Numbered from the stretch's first letter, positions 1-9,300 are shown. The stretch: DNA of 64,000 nt from a bacterium (GCA_039630415.1 JBCNVB010000026.1:1-64000); one strand, 5' to 3'. The notes: generated by a model from the sequence alone, not told the origin. Numbers and translations: made by a program.

Positions 1-91
1 ACTCTAAATTTTCACAACTATTGAATAAGCTTAAGTTTTTCATACTTTAGCAGGAGTATAAAGATGGTTATGATGAATTTTATCATTAGAT

Positions 92-685
92 ATGGAAAAT
101 AGTTTGGTAGAAGTTGTAAAGTGGTACATAAAAGTAGGTGGTTTACCTTTAGTATTCTTGATAATTTTCGTTGAGACGGGAATATTTTTAGGATTTTTTT
201 TGCCAGGTGATTCTTTGCTTTTCGCTTTAGGAATACTAGCAGCTGCTAAAATCATAGATCTTAACATAACATTAATTGGATGTACAGTAGCTGCTATCCT
301 GGGTAATTTTTTAGCGTACTATTTGGGATACTTTATGGCAGATAAAGTACTCTACAACATTTTACAAAAATACCAAGAACACATAAAAAAAACTAACGAA
401 TTCTACTCAAAATATGGTTCACTAGCAATAATCTATGCAAGATTTATACCATTCTTTAGGGGATTTGTACCTTTTGTTGCTGGTATGGTAAAAATGAATT
501 TTGCTATTTATACCATATTCAATATTGTCAGTGCTTTTATATGGGTTTATGGGCTTGTTTTACTCGGATACTACTTGGGAATATCTATACCCAAAATAGA
601 AAAATACTTTCATGTAGCTATATTGATGATTATCATACTTTCACTTTTACCGGTTTTTTACAAAATTTTAAGAAAGAAAGGGTAG
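92..685 (+). CDS. dedA: DedA/VTT family membrane protein
   Basis: ETGIFLGFFLPGDSLLF and ARFIPFFR motifs; several TM helices. Confidence 0.92.
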   Translation: MENSLVEVVKWYIKVGGLPLVFLIIFVETGIFLGFFLPGDSLLFALGILAAAKIIDLNITLIGCTVAAILGNFLAYYLGYFMADKVLYNILQKYQEHIKKTNEFYSKYGSLAIIYARFIPFFRGFVPFVAGMVKMNFAIYTIFNIVSAFIWVYGLVLLGYYLGISIPKIEKYFHVAILMIIILSLLPVFYKILRKKG

Positions 686-735
686 ATTTTTTGTTGAATA
701 TAAAAATGAGGAAGTAGGGGACTATCAATAGTTGT

Positions 736-810
736 GGGCTGTTAGCTCAATGGTAGAGCATTGGACTCTTAATCCAGGGGTTGCAGGTTCGAGTCCTGCA
801 CAGCCCACCA
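736..810 (+). tRNA. tRNA-Lys (anticodon CTT)
   Basis: Cloverleaf: acceptor GGGCTGT/ACAGCCC, D arm GCTC/GAGC, anticodon arm TTGGA-CTCTTAA-TCCAG, T arm GCAGG-TTCGAGT-CCTGC, encoded ACCA end. Confidence 0.97.
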
Positions 811-816
811 AACCAA

Positions 817-1074
817 GTGGTCCAAAAAGGAAAAACCTACATAATAACCTCAATAACTAAGGATAAACCCCAATATATGAACTATGGACTAATCGAAAAT
901 GCCATCATAAAAATAATCGATAAATCAATCGATAATAAAACTATATTCATCGAAATTATGGGATTTAACAGAAAAATAGCTATATCTGAAGAATTCCTGA
1001 ATGAAATAATCCTTACTGAATTTGATGAAAATTTGAAAAAGGGAGAAAATAAATTAAATGACTCAAATACCTAA
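817..1074 (+). CDS. feoA: FeoA-like ferrous iron transport protein (start moved from TTG 781 inside the tRNA to in-frame GTG 817)
   Basis: FeoA-like pattern (KGKTYIITSI, YGLIENAIIKII, KIAISEEFLNEIIL); overlaps the feoB start. Confidence 0.7.
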   Translation: MVQKGKTYIITSITKDKPQYMNYGLIENAIIKIIDKSIDNKTIFIEIMGFNRKIAISEEFLNEIILTEFDENLKKGENKLNDSNT

Positions 1075-3094
1075 AGAATGTAAGGATTGCGGATTAGTTA
1101 GTACTAGATTAATAGGTATTAAGACAACTCGTAAATTAAGAATAGCTCTAGTTGGCCAACCAAATAGTGGCAAAAGTACTTTCTTTAATTCCTTGTCCAA
1201 TTTTAAGGTAAACACTGCTAACTACTCAGGTACTACCGTAGAATATCACATAACTAAAATAAACATTAAAAACTATCAAATTGAACTTATTGATTTACCT
1301 GGAACTTTCTCTCTCAATTATACCGATATAGCTGAAAAAGTAACTTTCGACATTTTGACTAATATTAATCAGGATTTTAAGGTGGACGGAATAATTCAGG
1401 TAGTTGAAACAGTTTCTCTTCCTCATGCTTTGGTGCTCACTCTCGATCTTCTTACACTGGACATACCTATAGTAATAGCCTTAAATATGTATGATGAAGC
1501 AAGAATTAAGGGGATAAATGTAGATATCCCAGCTTTAGAAAAAATCCTAAATGTACCTGTAGTCCCAACTATATCCATAAAAGGAGAAAACACTCTCAAA
1601 GCGCTTCTCAAACTTATAGAAAAAATAGAAAAACGTTCTTCTGAAAACTTATCAGACAATACTATTCAGGATCAGTTTACAGTTGATCAAGAAAATAATT
1701 TCTTATATAGATCATCCTTCGCAAAAGAAGAATTACCTTTTGTGATAAAAGCATACAAAAAATTGTGGAAAAACTTGGTAGAGGACATATTTAGAACTGT
1801 TAACTGTCATTTTGAAAATTGTAAGCTAGTACCTGCCTGTTTGATGAATATAGAGAAATATGCTCCATCAAATAAGTCACTAGCCCAAGTAAGAGATGAA
1901 ATACTAAAACTAAAAAGTAACATAGTTATATCTGTATCTTCGTTTGTATTCAAAATAGATAAACCAAGACCAACTTTTGACGATATAGCTGATAGGGTCA
2001 TTCTTCACAAGTTTTGGGGTTATGTAAGCCTAACAATAATAATCTTTACGGCATTTTATCTATCTTACTTTATTGGAAATTGGTTAGCTGATTTGGTAGA
2101 CAAGATTTTGGGTCCATTTTCTGGCTATGTAGATAATCTGGCAAGCAATAAGGGAATCTGGGAACCATTAATTGTTGGACTTAAAGAGGGTATAATGGGA
2201 GGGATAGGAATAGTTTTACCCTACTTAGTACCATTTTTGATCTTTATATCCATTTTGGAAGATAGTGGATACATACCAAGAATGATGTATTTAATGGATA
2301 ATTTTCTTAAACCATTGGGGATAACAGGAAGAAGTGTATTAAGCTTTGTCTTGGGTCTAGGGTGTAATGTAAGTGCTATAATGAGTCTTAGGGGATCAAC
2401 TAAATATAATGAAAGAATACTAGCAGGAATGGTTATACCTTTTGTACCTTGCTCAGCAAGAACAGTTGTAATCATGAGTTTAGTTAATGGATATTTAGGA
2501 TTTATATGGGGAGTATTTATGTATCTGCTAAGTTTAATTGTGATAATGCTTGTTCTTTTGGGGGTAAATAAGTTCACAAAAAATAATTTGCCTTACTTTA
2601 TGGTTCATATTCCTCCGTATAGAATGCCATCAGTTAAATCTGTTCTAACTAAGATATGGTTAAGATTTAAGTCATTTTTATTTACTGCTTGGCCTATTCT
2701 TATTGCTGGAACCATTATCTTAAGCTACCTTTCTTTCTTTAAACTAGATAACATAATAAATTATGCTTTTTCGTTTTTAACTGTAGGTATACTGGGTTTA
2801 CCAGAAAATACTGCTATACCTTTGATATTTGGAATTCTTGCCAAGGAATATGCTTTAGTTATGCTTTTTTCCTCACTTGATAATCAAGCAATATCATCTT
2901 TTATGACAAATCTTCAAATATTCATTTTCTCAGTATTTATACTTCTCTATACTCCATGTATTTCCACTATAGCTACACAAGTTAGGGAGATAGGTCTGAA
3001 ATATACACTTATATCAATAGGACTGTCCTTCATGGCAGCTTTACTTATAGCCTTTACACTAGGAAGAGTTTTCAACTTATTAGGAGTATTTTAA
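1058..3094 (+). CDS. feoB: Ferrous iron transporter FeoB
   Basis: G1 GQPNSGKST, G3 DLPG, G4 NMYD, gate motifs EDSGYIPR, GLGCNV, PCSAR, LYTPC. Confidence 0.97.
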   Translation: MTQIPKECKDCGLVSTRLIGIKTTRKLRIALVGQPNSGKSTFFNSLSNFKVNTANYSGTTVEYHITKINIKNYQIELIDLPGTFSLNYTDIAEKVTFDILTNINQDFKVDGIIQVVETVSLPHALVLTLDLLTLDIPIVIALNMYDEARIKGINVDIPALEKILNVPVVPTISIKGENTLKALLKLIEKIEKRSSENLSDNTIQDQFTVDQENNFLYRSSFAKEELPFVIKAYKKLWKNLVEDIFRTVNCHFENCKLVPACLMNIEKYAPSNKSLAQVRDEILKLKSNIVISVSSFVFKIDKPRPTFDDIADRVILHKFWGYVSLTIIIFTAFYLSYFIGNWLADLVDKILGPFSGYVDNLASNKGIWEPLIVGLKEGIMGGIGIVLPYLVPFLIFISILEDSGYIPRMMYLMDNFLKPLGITGRSVLSFVLGLGCNVSAIMSLRGSTKYNERILAGMVIPFVPCSARTVVIMSLVNGYLGFIWGVFMYLLSLIVIMLVLLGVNKFTKNNLPYFMVHIPPYRMPSVKSVLTKIWLRFKSFLFTAWPILIAGTIILSYLSFFKLDNIINYAFSFLTVGILGLPENTAIPLIFGILAKEYALVMLFSSLDNQAISSFMTNLQIFIFSVFILLYTPCISTIATQVREIGLKYTLISIGLSFMAALLIAFTLGRVFNLLGVF

Positions 3095-3095
3095 T

Positions 3096-3917
3096 ATGTT
3101 TAAAGTAACTAGCTTTATCAAATTTGCAATACTTTACCTATTTCTAATCTTAGGTGTAGTTTATTCAAAAGCAAAGGTTGTTTTTAGTATAGAACCTTTA
3201 TTTGGTATTTTTCATCAAATCATAGGAAATAAAATTTACGAATTTGATTACACCATCCTAGTTCAACAGGATTTCGATCATCACCATTTTGATATGAAAC
3301 CATCTATGGTCCAGAAAATAAAAACTTCTAATATGGTATTCGTAGTTGGAACACTTGAAATAGAGACTAAAATACTTAACTTAGTAGACAAAAATAAAGT
3401 ATTCAAAACTACAGAATTTTTAAAAACAAATAACAATGATCCTCATTTATGGATTTCAGTAAGAAACTGTAAAATCATAATTGCTAAAATGTATGAGTAT
3501 CTTGTTAAACACAAAATTTCTTCACAGGAGATATATACAAACTACAGGGAGTTATACAGAGCTTACAGCGATTTAGATAAGATTTTTACACGTAAGCTAC
3601 AGGAAAAATTTGCTTCAAAAAGAAATATTGGAATATTTTCATACCATAATGAATTTGGTTATTTTTCTAGGGACTATAACTTAAATATGCAACCACTTTT
3701 TGAATATGAAGAGGATATATCCCCATCTGCTTTCGATAAAATTCTAAAAAAAATGACTTCATACGAGAAAAACTACGTAATCTTACCCCCCTACTACGAT
3801 GAAAAGGTTAAACAAAAAATACAAACCAAAATAAAAAATGTGCATTTTATAGTATTCAATAGCAATTCAAAGGATCTATATGGTGAGTTTAGAAAACTGT
3901 TATCAATAATGGAATAG
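3096..3917 (+). CDS. Zn/Mn ABC transporter substrate-binding protein (ZnuA/TroA family)
   Basis: Signal peptide, DHHHFDMKPS, DPHLWIS, YHNEFGYF. Confidence 0.85.
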   Translation: MFKVTSFIKFAILYLFLILGVVYSKAKVVFSIEPLFGIFHQIIGNKIYEFDYTILVQQDFDHHHFDMKPSMVQKIKTSNMVFVVGTLEIETKILNLVDKNKVFKTTEFLKTNNNDPHLWISVRNCKIIIAKMYEYLVKHKISSQEIYTNYRELYRAYSDLDKIFTRKLQEKFASKRNIGIFSYHNEFGYFSRDYNLNMQPLFEYEEDISPSAFDKILKKMTSYEKNYVILPPYYDEKVKQKIQTKIKNVHFIVFNSNSKDLYGEFRKLLSIME

Positions 3918-3919
3918 GT

Positions 3920-4639
3920 ATGTCAGTGGTAGTTTTTGATAATGTTCATTTTTGGTATGAGGAGAAGGAAGAAATACTCAGGGGTGTTAGTTTTGAAATA
4001 AATGAAGGTGAATTTATTAGTATAGTTGGCCCAAACGGAGGGGGAAAGACAACATTAGTAAAACTAATACTTGGCTTAATTAAGCCAACTTTTGGAAATA
4101 TTTATCTTTTTGGTAAATCTCCACAAAAATCAACAAAATATGTAGGTTATCTGCCTCAAATATCTAATGTAAGAAAAGATATACCAATATCAGTTCATGA
4201 ATTTGTCAAGCTCTCGTGTTATAGAGGATTACTTAGAAAATATCCTAAAGATATAGATTTGAAGGTGGACAATATCTTGAAAATGCTGGATATTTATGAT
4301 TTAAGAGATAAGGTTATAGGTGAGCTATCGGGTGGACAGTTTCAAAGAATGTTACTAGCTAGAGCTATAATTAATGATCCCAAATTATTAATACTAGATG
4401 AGCCAACTAATTTCATAGATGAAAACACAAAGAAAAACTTCTATGAAATAATAATGTCTTTCAAGCGCTCCAAAACAATAATAGTCGTAAGTCATGACCT
4501 AAATATGGTAGCTAAATTCACAGACAGAGTATTTTGCCTAAATAAAGAAATATTCTTAACTTGCACCATGAATGAAATTAGTCAAAATTTGAACTTGATT
4601 TATAGTAATTTGTTTAGCTATGTCAAGCATGAGCATTAA
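3920..4639 (+). CDS. Metal ABC transporter ATP-binding protein (ZnuC-like)
   Basis: GPNGGGKTT, LSGGQFQR, LILDEP, VSHDL, His-containing C-terminus. Confidence 0.92.
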   Translation: MSVVVFDNVHFWYEEKEEILRGVSFEINEGEFISIVGPNGGGKTTLVKLILGLIKPTFGNIYLFGKSPQKSTKYVGYLPQISNVRKDIPISVHEFVKLSCYRGLLRKYPKDIDLKVDNILKMLDIYDLRDKVIGELSGGQFQRMLLARAIINDPKLLILDEPTNFIDENTKKNFYEIIMSFKRSKTIIVVSHDLNMVAKFTDRVFCLNKEIFLTCTMNEISQNLNLIYSNLFSYVKHEH

Positions 4640-5780
4640 CAGAAGGGTATATCTGGATAATCCAAATATAGGTGAGTTAGAAAAAAAGTATGTTTTAGAT
4701 GCTTTAGAAAGTGGTTTTATATCTACTAGAGGACCTTTGATAAGAGTTTTTGAGGAAGAACTAGGTAGATATTTAGGTGGTTTTGTCGCTGCTACTTATA
4801 GTGGCACTGCAGCTCTACACCTATCCTTACTCTATAAAAAAAAGAAGCTTTCAATTCAGGATGGTGCTGGAGTAATAGTACCGAGTTTAACTTTTGCTGC
4901 TACAGCTAATGCAGTAATATACTCTAACTTGATCCCTATTTTTGTCGATGTTGATCTTCAAACTTGGAATATAGATATTTCTAAAATATCTGATACTATA
5001 AAGCTATGTAAATCAAGAGGAATAGAGATTAGATTTATAATGCCTGTTCATCTATATGGAAACCCTGTAGATTTAGAACCTCTACTAAGTTTATGCCGGG
5101 AACACAATTTAGTACTCATTGAGGATTCTGCAGAAAGTCTTGGCAGTTATTACAATGGACTCAAGTGTGGAACGATTGGAGATCTGGGTGTATTTAGTTT
5201 CAATGCAAACAAGATAATTACTGCTTCTTCTGGAGGAGCAATCTTTTCTAAATCTCAAGAAGAAATAGAGTACTTAAGATTTCTGACTTTACAGGCAAGG
5301 AATGAATCAAAGGGATATTATCATGAGGATTTGGGATTTAACTATAGGATGACAAACATAGAGGCTGCTATTGCCCTCGCACAATTACAAAAACTCAATT
5401 ACTTTCTTAAAATTAGACAAACTTTCTGGGAAATATATAATCACTACCTATCTAATTACGTCATTTTTCAAAAAATTTTGCCAAATGCAGTCTCAAATCA
5501 TTGGCTAATATCCTGTATTATCCCAAACAAAGATATACAATCTATTCAGCAAAAATTGGAACATAAGGGAATTCCAACTAGAAGAATATTTTACCCTCTT
5601 CCACTTATGGATTTTTACAAACAATATGTTGTCAAATATTTACCCGAAAACCAAATACAAGATTTTTATGCGAACTCTATGTATATATACCAAAACGGTA
5701 TATGTTTACCAAGTTCTACTAAGAATACATCCCAAGAGATTGAATACGTTTGTAGGTGCTTACTTGAGATAATCATTTAA
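4620..5780 (+). CDS. DegT/DnrJ/EryC1/StrS PLP-dependent sugar aminotransferase
   Basis: SGTAALH, PVHLYG, IEDSAES, FSFNANKIIT, GFNYRMTN. Confidence 0.93.
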   Translation: MSSMSINRRVYLDNPNIGELEKKYVLDALESGFISTRGPLIRVFEEELGRYLGGFVAATYSGTAALHLSLLYKKKKLSIQDGAGVIVPSLTFAATANAVIYSNLIPIFVDVDLQTWNIDISKISDTIKLCKSRGIEIRFIMPVHLYGNPVDLEPLLSLCREHNLVLIEDSAESLGSYYNGLKCGTIGDLGVFSFNANKIITASSGGAIFSKSQEEIEYLRFLTLQARNESKGYYHEDLGFNYRMTNIEAAIALAQLQKLNYFLKIRQTFWEIYNHYLSNYVIFQKILPNAVSNHWLISCIIPNKDIQSIQQKLEHKGIPTRRIFYPLPLMDFYKQYVVKYLPENQIQDFYANSMYIYQNGICLPSSTKNTSQEIEYVCRCLLEIII

Positions 5781-5858
5781 CTTTTTTTTTACAATTTAGC
5801 CCAATATCATACAACCAGGACTTAAAATAACATAATCAGAAAAAATAAAAAGGAGGTA

Positions 5859-6905
5859 ATGAAAATGGTTAATCCTGTTGATAAAAACATTAATACTATA
5901 AAAGACACTTTTGTAGAATCATCAAAAGTTTCAAAGCTTTCAACAAACCAACAGGATAGAGTAGAGCAAGGTAAAGTAGATCAACAAACTTCAGAAATAC
6001 AAGACGTATTTATAAGTACTGAGCAAAAAGAAGAATTGATCAAGAAAATAGACCAACTAATAGCTCAAAAACAAGAGGAAATAAAAAGAATTGAACAAGA
6101 AATTCAGAGTATACTCGATAAAAGAAGCTCTATGGATGAAAACACTAACCCTGATTTAAGAAAATACTTAGAATTATGTGATGATTTGAGATTACAAGAT
6201 TTAAACATGCAAAAAAATTCACTAGAAAATCAGATAACAGCATTAAACCAAAGAAAGCTTATGATTGATCAAGTATCTAATAATTTAAGCGAAAATAGTG
6301 TAGAAAGAAATTTTGAACAACTACAACAGGAAATATCAAGAAATTACCAAATCTCTATAGATCAGCTCAATAGTCTCAAAAAACAAATCGAAAACTATCA
6401 ACACTATATGAATGAAAGCTATAAAAAGCAAATAGAAGCAATAAATCAACACATAGAAAAGTTAAACAAGGAAATTGAAGATCTGATAAATCAACAACCT
6501 TCTAGCCCGGAAGAAGCAGAAAAAATAGCAGAAAAAATAACAGAAAAAAGAAACCTAATATCAACACTAAAATCTCAACTTGATAACCTATCCGCAGAGG
6601 TAAATAATCAAAACAACATGATTAATGAGCAAATAAAGCAGTTGAATGATCAAATATTGATTGTAAAGAAGCAGATGCAAACAGAAGCTTATAACAAATG
6701 GGCTTTTGAACAAAGCATTAGAAGAGAAATAGAAAATATCTTATGGGCTGAAATGCTTAATGAAAAAAATCACATCTTAAATATGTGGAAAATGTACTAT
6801 GATATGAATCAGAAAATAAATCAAATGTGGAGAGATATATATCTAAAGAAAGTTCAAGAAAATACTGAATTTGCATCTAGATGGGCTAAAGCTCTGGGAG
6901 TGTAA
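5859..6905 (+). CDS. Hypothetical Q/E/N/K-rich coiled-coil protein
   Basis: 348-aa ORF with AGGAGG RBS and heptad-like composition; no catalytic motif seen. Confidence 0.8.
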   Translation: MKMVNPVDKNINTIKDTFVESSKVSKLSTNQQDRVEQGKVDQQTSEIQDVFISTEQKEELIKKIDQLIAQKQEEIKRIEQEIQSILDKRSSMDENTNPDLRKYLELCDDLRLQDLNMQKNSLENQITALNQRKLMIDQVSNNLSENSVERNFEQLQQEISRNYQISIDQLNSLKKQIENYQHYMNESYKKQIEAINQHIEKLNKEIEDLINQQPSSPEEAEKIAEKITEKRNLISTLKSQLDNLSAEVNNQNNMINEQIKQLNDQILIVKKQMQTEAYNKWAFEQSIRREIENILWAEMLNEKNHILNMWKMYYDMNQKINQMWRDIYLKKVQENTEFASRWAKALGV

Positions 6906-6906
6906 T

Positions 6907-7875
6907 ATGAAAGCGATGATACTGGCAGGGGGTGAAGGAACAAGACTTCGCCCCCTAACTTATACCCTACCAAAACCCCTCGTACCTGTAAATAATCTAC
7001 CTTCCGTAGAGTATGTTATCAAGTTCCTCTACTACTTCGGAATAAGAGAATTCGCTATAAATGTTAGTTATAAAGCAGAAATAGTGAAAAATTATGCCTA
7101 TACGACATTTAAAAGGAAATTTAAAGATGCACAATTATTTGTTTTAGAAGAAGACCAATTATCAGGTACTGCAGGACCAGTAAAAAAATTACAAAATTTC
7201 TTCGAAAACCAGGATTTTATCGTTATCGGTTGTGACGATATATTTGACTTTGATTTGGAAGTACTTATCAAAGCTCATAAACAACAAAAAGCAGTTGCTA
7301 CTATAGCACTCTTTAAAGTTCAAGATCCTTCTGAGTATGGTGTAGCTCTGATAGATAAAGACAATAACATCCTTAAGTTTCAAGAGAAACCCAAATCAAA
7401 TCCAATATCTTACCTTGCTAACACGGGCGTATATATTTTTAGTCCGGAGATATTTAACTACATACTATCTGAAAAGTTCTATGATTTCGGAACGCAGGTT
7501 TTTAATAACCTTCTTGAAGATAAAGCTAAATTTATTGGAATAGAAGTGACTAACTATCCCAAATTTTTAAAGCAATCCTACTGGATTGATATAGGGAATA
7601 TGAACACTTATTTTAGGGCAAATAGAGAGTTGGCATTGTATAAACATCCTTTTATAGAGTCGAAAATAATAGAACATAGCAATAGTGTAGTTGTTTTGGA
7701 TGATAATGTAAAGGTAGATTCTAGAACTACGTTTGAAGGAGTGGTAGTAGTAGGTAGAGGTAGTGAAGTATCTGGGTATATAAGGGACAGTGTTATTTGG
7801 CCTAACAGTAGGATAGATAATAGCTATATAGTGGGAAGTGTGATAACGGGTCGGTTGGTGGAGTGGTTAAGTTAG
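6907..7875 (+). CDS. NDP-sugar pyrophosphorylase (mannose-1-phosphate guanylyltransferase-like)
   Basis: MKAMILAGGEGTRLRPLTYTLPKPL, FQEKP, YWIDIG, short C-terminal beta-helix-like repeats; start moved to ATG 6907. Confidence 0.9.
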   Translation: MKAMILAGGEGTRLRPLTYTLPKPLVPVNNLPSVEYVIKFLYYFGIREFAINVSYKAEIVKNYAYTTFKRKFKDAQLFVLEEDQLSGTAGPVKKLQNFFENQDFIVIGCDDIFDFDLEVLIKAHKQQKAVATIALFKVQDPSEYGVALIDKDNNILKFQEKPKSNPISYLANTGVYIFSPEIFNYILSEKFYDFGTQVFNNLLEDKAKFIGIEVTNYPKFLKQSYWIDIGNMNTYFRANRELALYKHPFIESKIIEHSNSVVVLDDNVKVDSRTTFEGVVVVGRGSEVSGYIRDSVIWPNSRIDNSYIVGSVITGRLVEWLS

Positions 7876-8181
7876 CCGCGGTATGACCTAAAAAGGGTTA
7901 TACCGAGGAAAGTCCTGGCTCTAATAAAAGGGTGCTGGAGGAACTCCAGGTGTGGCTTAAGGCTACAACGGATAGTGCCACAGAAACCAGACTATGTGGG
8001 GCAACCCACATACAGGTGAAACCGTGGGGTAAAAGCCCACGAACCTTAGTAGCGATACTAAGGTTGGTAAACCCCACCCTGAGCAAGGCTTCGAGCCGCA
8101 AAAAGTTCAGAGTAATCTGAACTTAAGACAAATGGCTAACGAACGACAGAACCAGGCTTACCTTCTCCACCTAACCGACCC
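7848..8181 (+). ncRNA. rnpB: RNase P RNA (type A-like, reduced)
   Basis: GAGGAAAGTCCTGGCTC (about 7905) and ACAGAACCAGGCTTA (about 8146) with a compensatory U-A pair in P4; P1 GGGTCGGTT-GGTGGAG/CTCCACC-T-AACCGACCC; P2 GTTAGCC/GGCTAAC; AGTGCCACAGAAA; GGTAAACCCC; GAGCAAG; P18 with GUAA loop. Confidence 0.95.
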
Positions 8182-9250
8182 TCACTGCCACCCAATCCTA
8201 CTCCTTCAAAAAATTCTCAACTACTCTATCCACTTTAACCAACTGCACTCTGCGCTTTCTAAACATAACACTTATCAAATACTTATAGTTACTGACACAC
8301 CCACAAGTAAAATAGACAATGACCTAGTAAACTTTATTAACTCTTTTGATTTTCCGATTATTGTTAAATCCTCTGACTACCATACTTTCGTAGTAAATAA
8401 AACTTTCCTTCAAAAAATAAAATATCACAATCAGCATGAATTCATATGGAAAGAAAGAAATTTTCAAATAGTTGACAATTTCATAATTGATCATTTATCT
8501 AGTAATGCGCAGGAGTATTATCTCAAATTAAGCTCCGAGTTTCAAAAAAATCACATAGATAAGGTTATCGATGCTTTTACAACTTATACTTTTTACCAGT
8601 TCTACAAAAAAGTTAACATGAATAAAGTCAGCATAAAGTTTCTAGTTGATAGCAAGTTTTTTTTATTGAATCCACAGGTAATTCTAGATGATCATGTACT
8701 GGGGATAAAGTTCTTTGTTGATGGTACGATTAGTTCCTCTACTGCTTGGATCAGCATGGATAAAGTAAATCTATTCTTAGATCCTAAGGAAGTTGATGAA
8801 GTAATACAAATAATTCAGAAAAACTATGTCTATCTTGAAAGGATATATTTGGCTTTTCATTGCATAGGAAGTCAAGCATTTAGATTTGTAATGTATTCTG
8901 TGCTTCCCAAAATTATACAAGTACCTAACATAATTTTGAGAATAGAACATTGCACCCTAATGGGGAAAAGTGAATTTAATGAAATAATAAGTTTAATACA
9001 AGCAAATAAGCTAAACTACAGGGTATACTTAGTATTAAACCCGGAGAGTCATGAATTTACAATAGATTACTTGTATAGGTATAAAGACTTCGTAGGTATT
9101 GGGTATGGTTCTGATTGTCCTATATTTGATTTGAACCTAAAACAAAGTATTTACAACTATATAGATGGTAATTTATGTAAGGAGACCAAGCAAAAGGTTA
9201 TAGAGTATGTCTTTGAGTGTAATCATAGGTTATTCAGAAAATCCGATTAG
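8132..9250 (+). CDS. Divergent, shortened amidohydrolase-3 (YtcJ-like) metallohydrolase
   Basis: DPHCH, GIKFFVDGTISSSTAW, FHCIGSQA, RIEHC and GSDCP occur in canonical order. Confidence 0.7.
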   Translation: MANERQNQAYLLHLTDPHCHPILLLQKILNYSIHFNQLHSALSKHNTYQILIVTDTPTSKIDNDLVNFINSFDFPIIVKSSDYHTFVVNKTFLQKIKYHNQHEFIWKERNFQIVDNFIIDHLSSNAQEYYLKLSSEFQKNHIDKVIDAFTTYTFYQFYKKVNMNKVSIKFLVDSKFFLLNPQVILDDHVLGIKFFVDGTISSSTAWISMDKVNLFLDPKEVDEVIQIIQKNYVYLERIYLAFHCIGSQAFRFVMYSVLPKIIQVPNIILRIEHCTLMGKSEFNEIISLIQANKLNYRVYLVLNPESHEFTIDYLYRYKDFVGIGYGSDCPIFDLNLKQSIYNYIDGNLCKETKQKVIEYVFECNHRLFRKSD

Positions 9251-9300
9251 TATGTGTATTATAAACAGGTTGAGTAGAGAGAATGTAGAAGATTGATAAT

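Noticed and set aside
781-816. ORF-track N-terminus MQVRVLHSPPNQ of FeoA
   Set aside because: It is the translated T arm and acceptor stem of tRNA-Lys; GTG 817 is more plausible, though unproven
736-5780. Genomic island integrated at tRNA-Lys
   Set aside because: No integrase, no duplicated tRNA 3' end seen and no evident composition shift
7898-8120. Small ORFs 7932..8120 (+) and 7898..8101 (-)
   Set aside because: They lie entirely within the RNase P RNA and show no protein motifs
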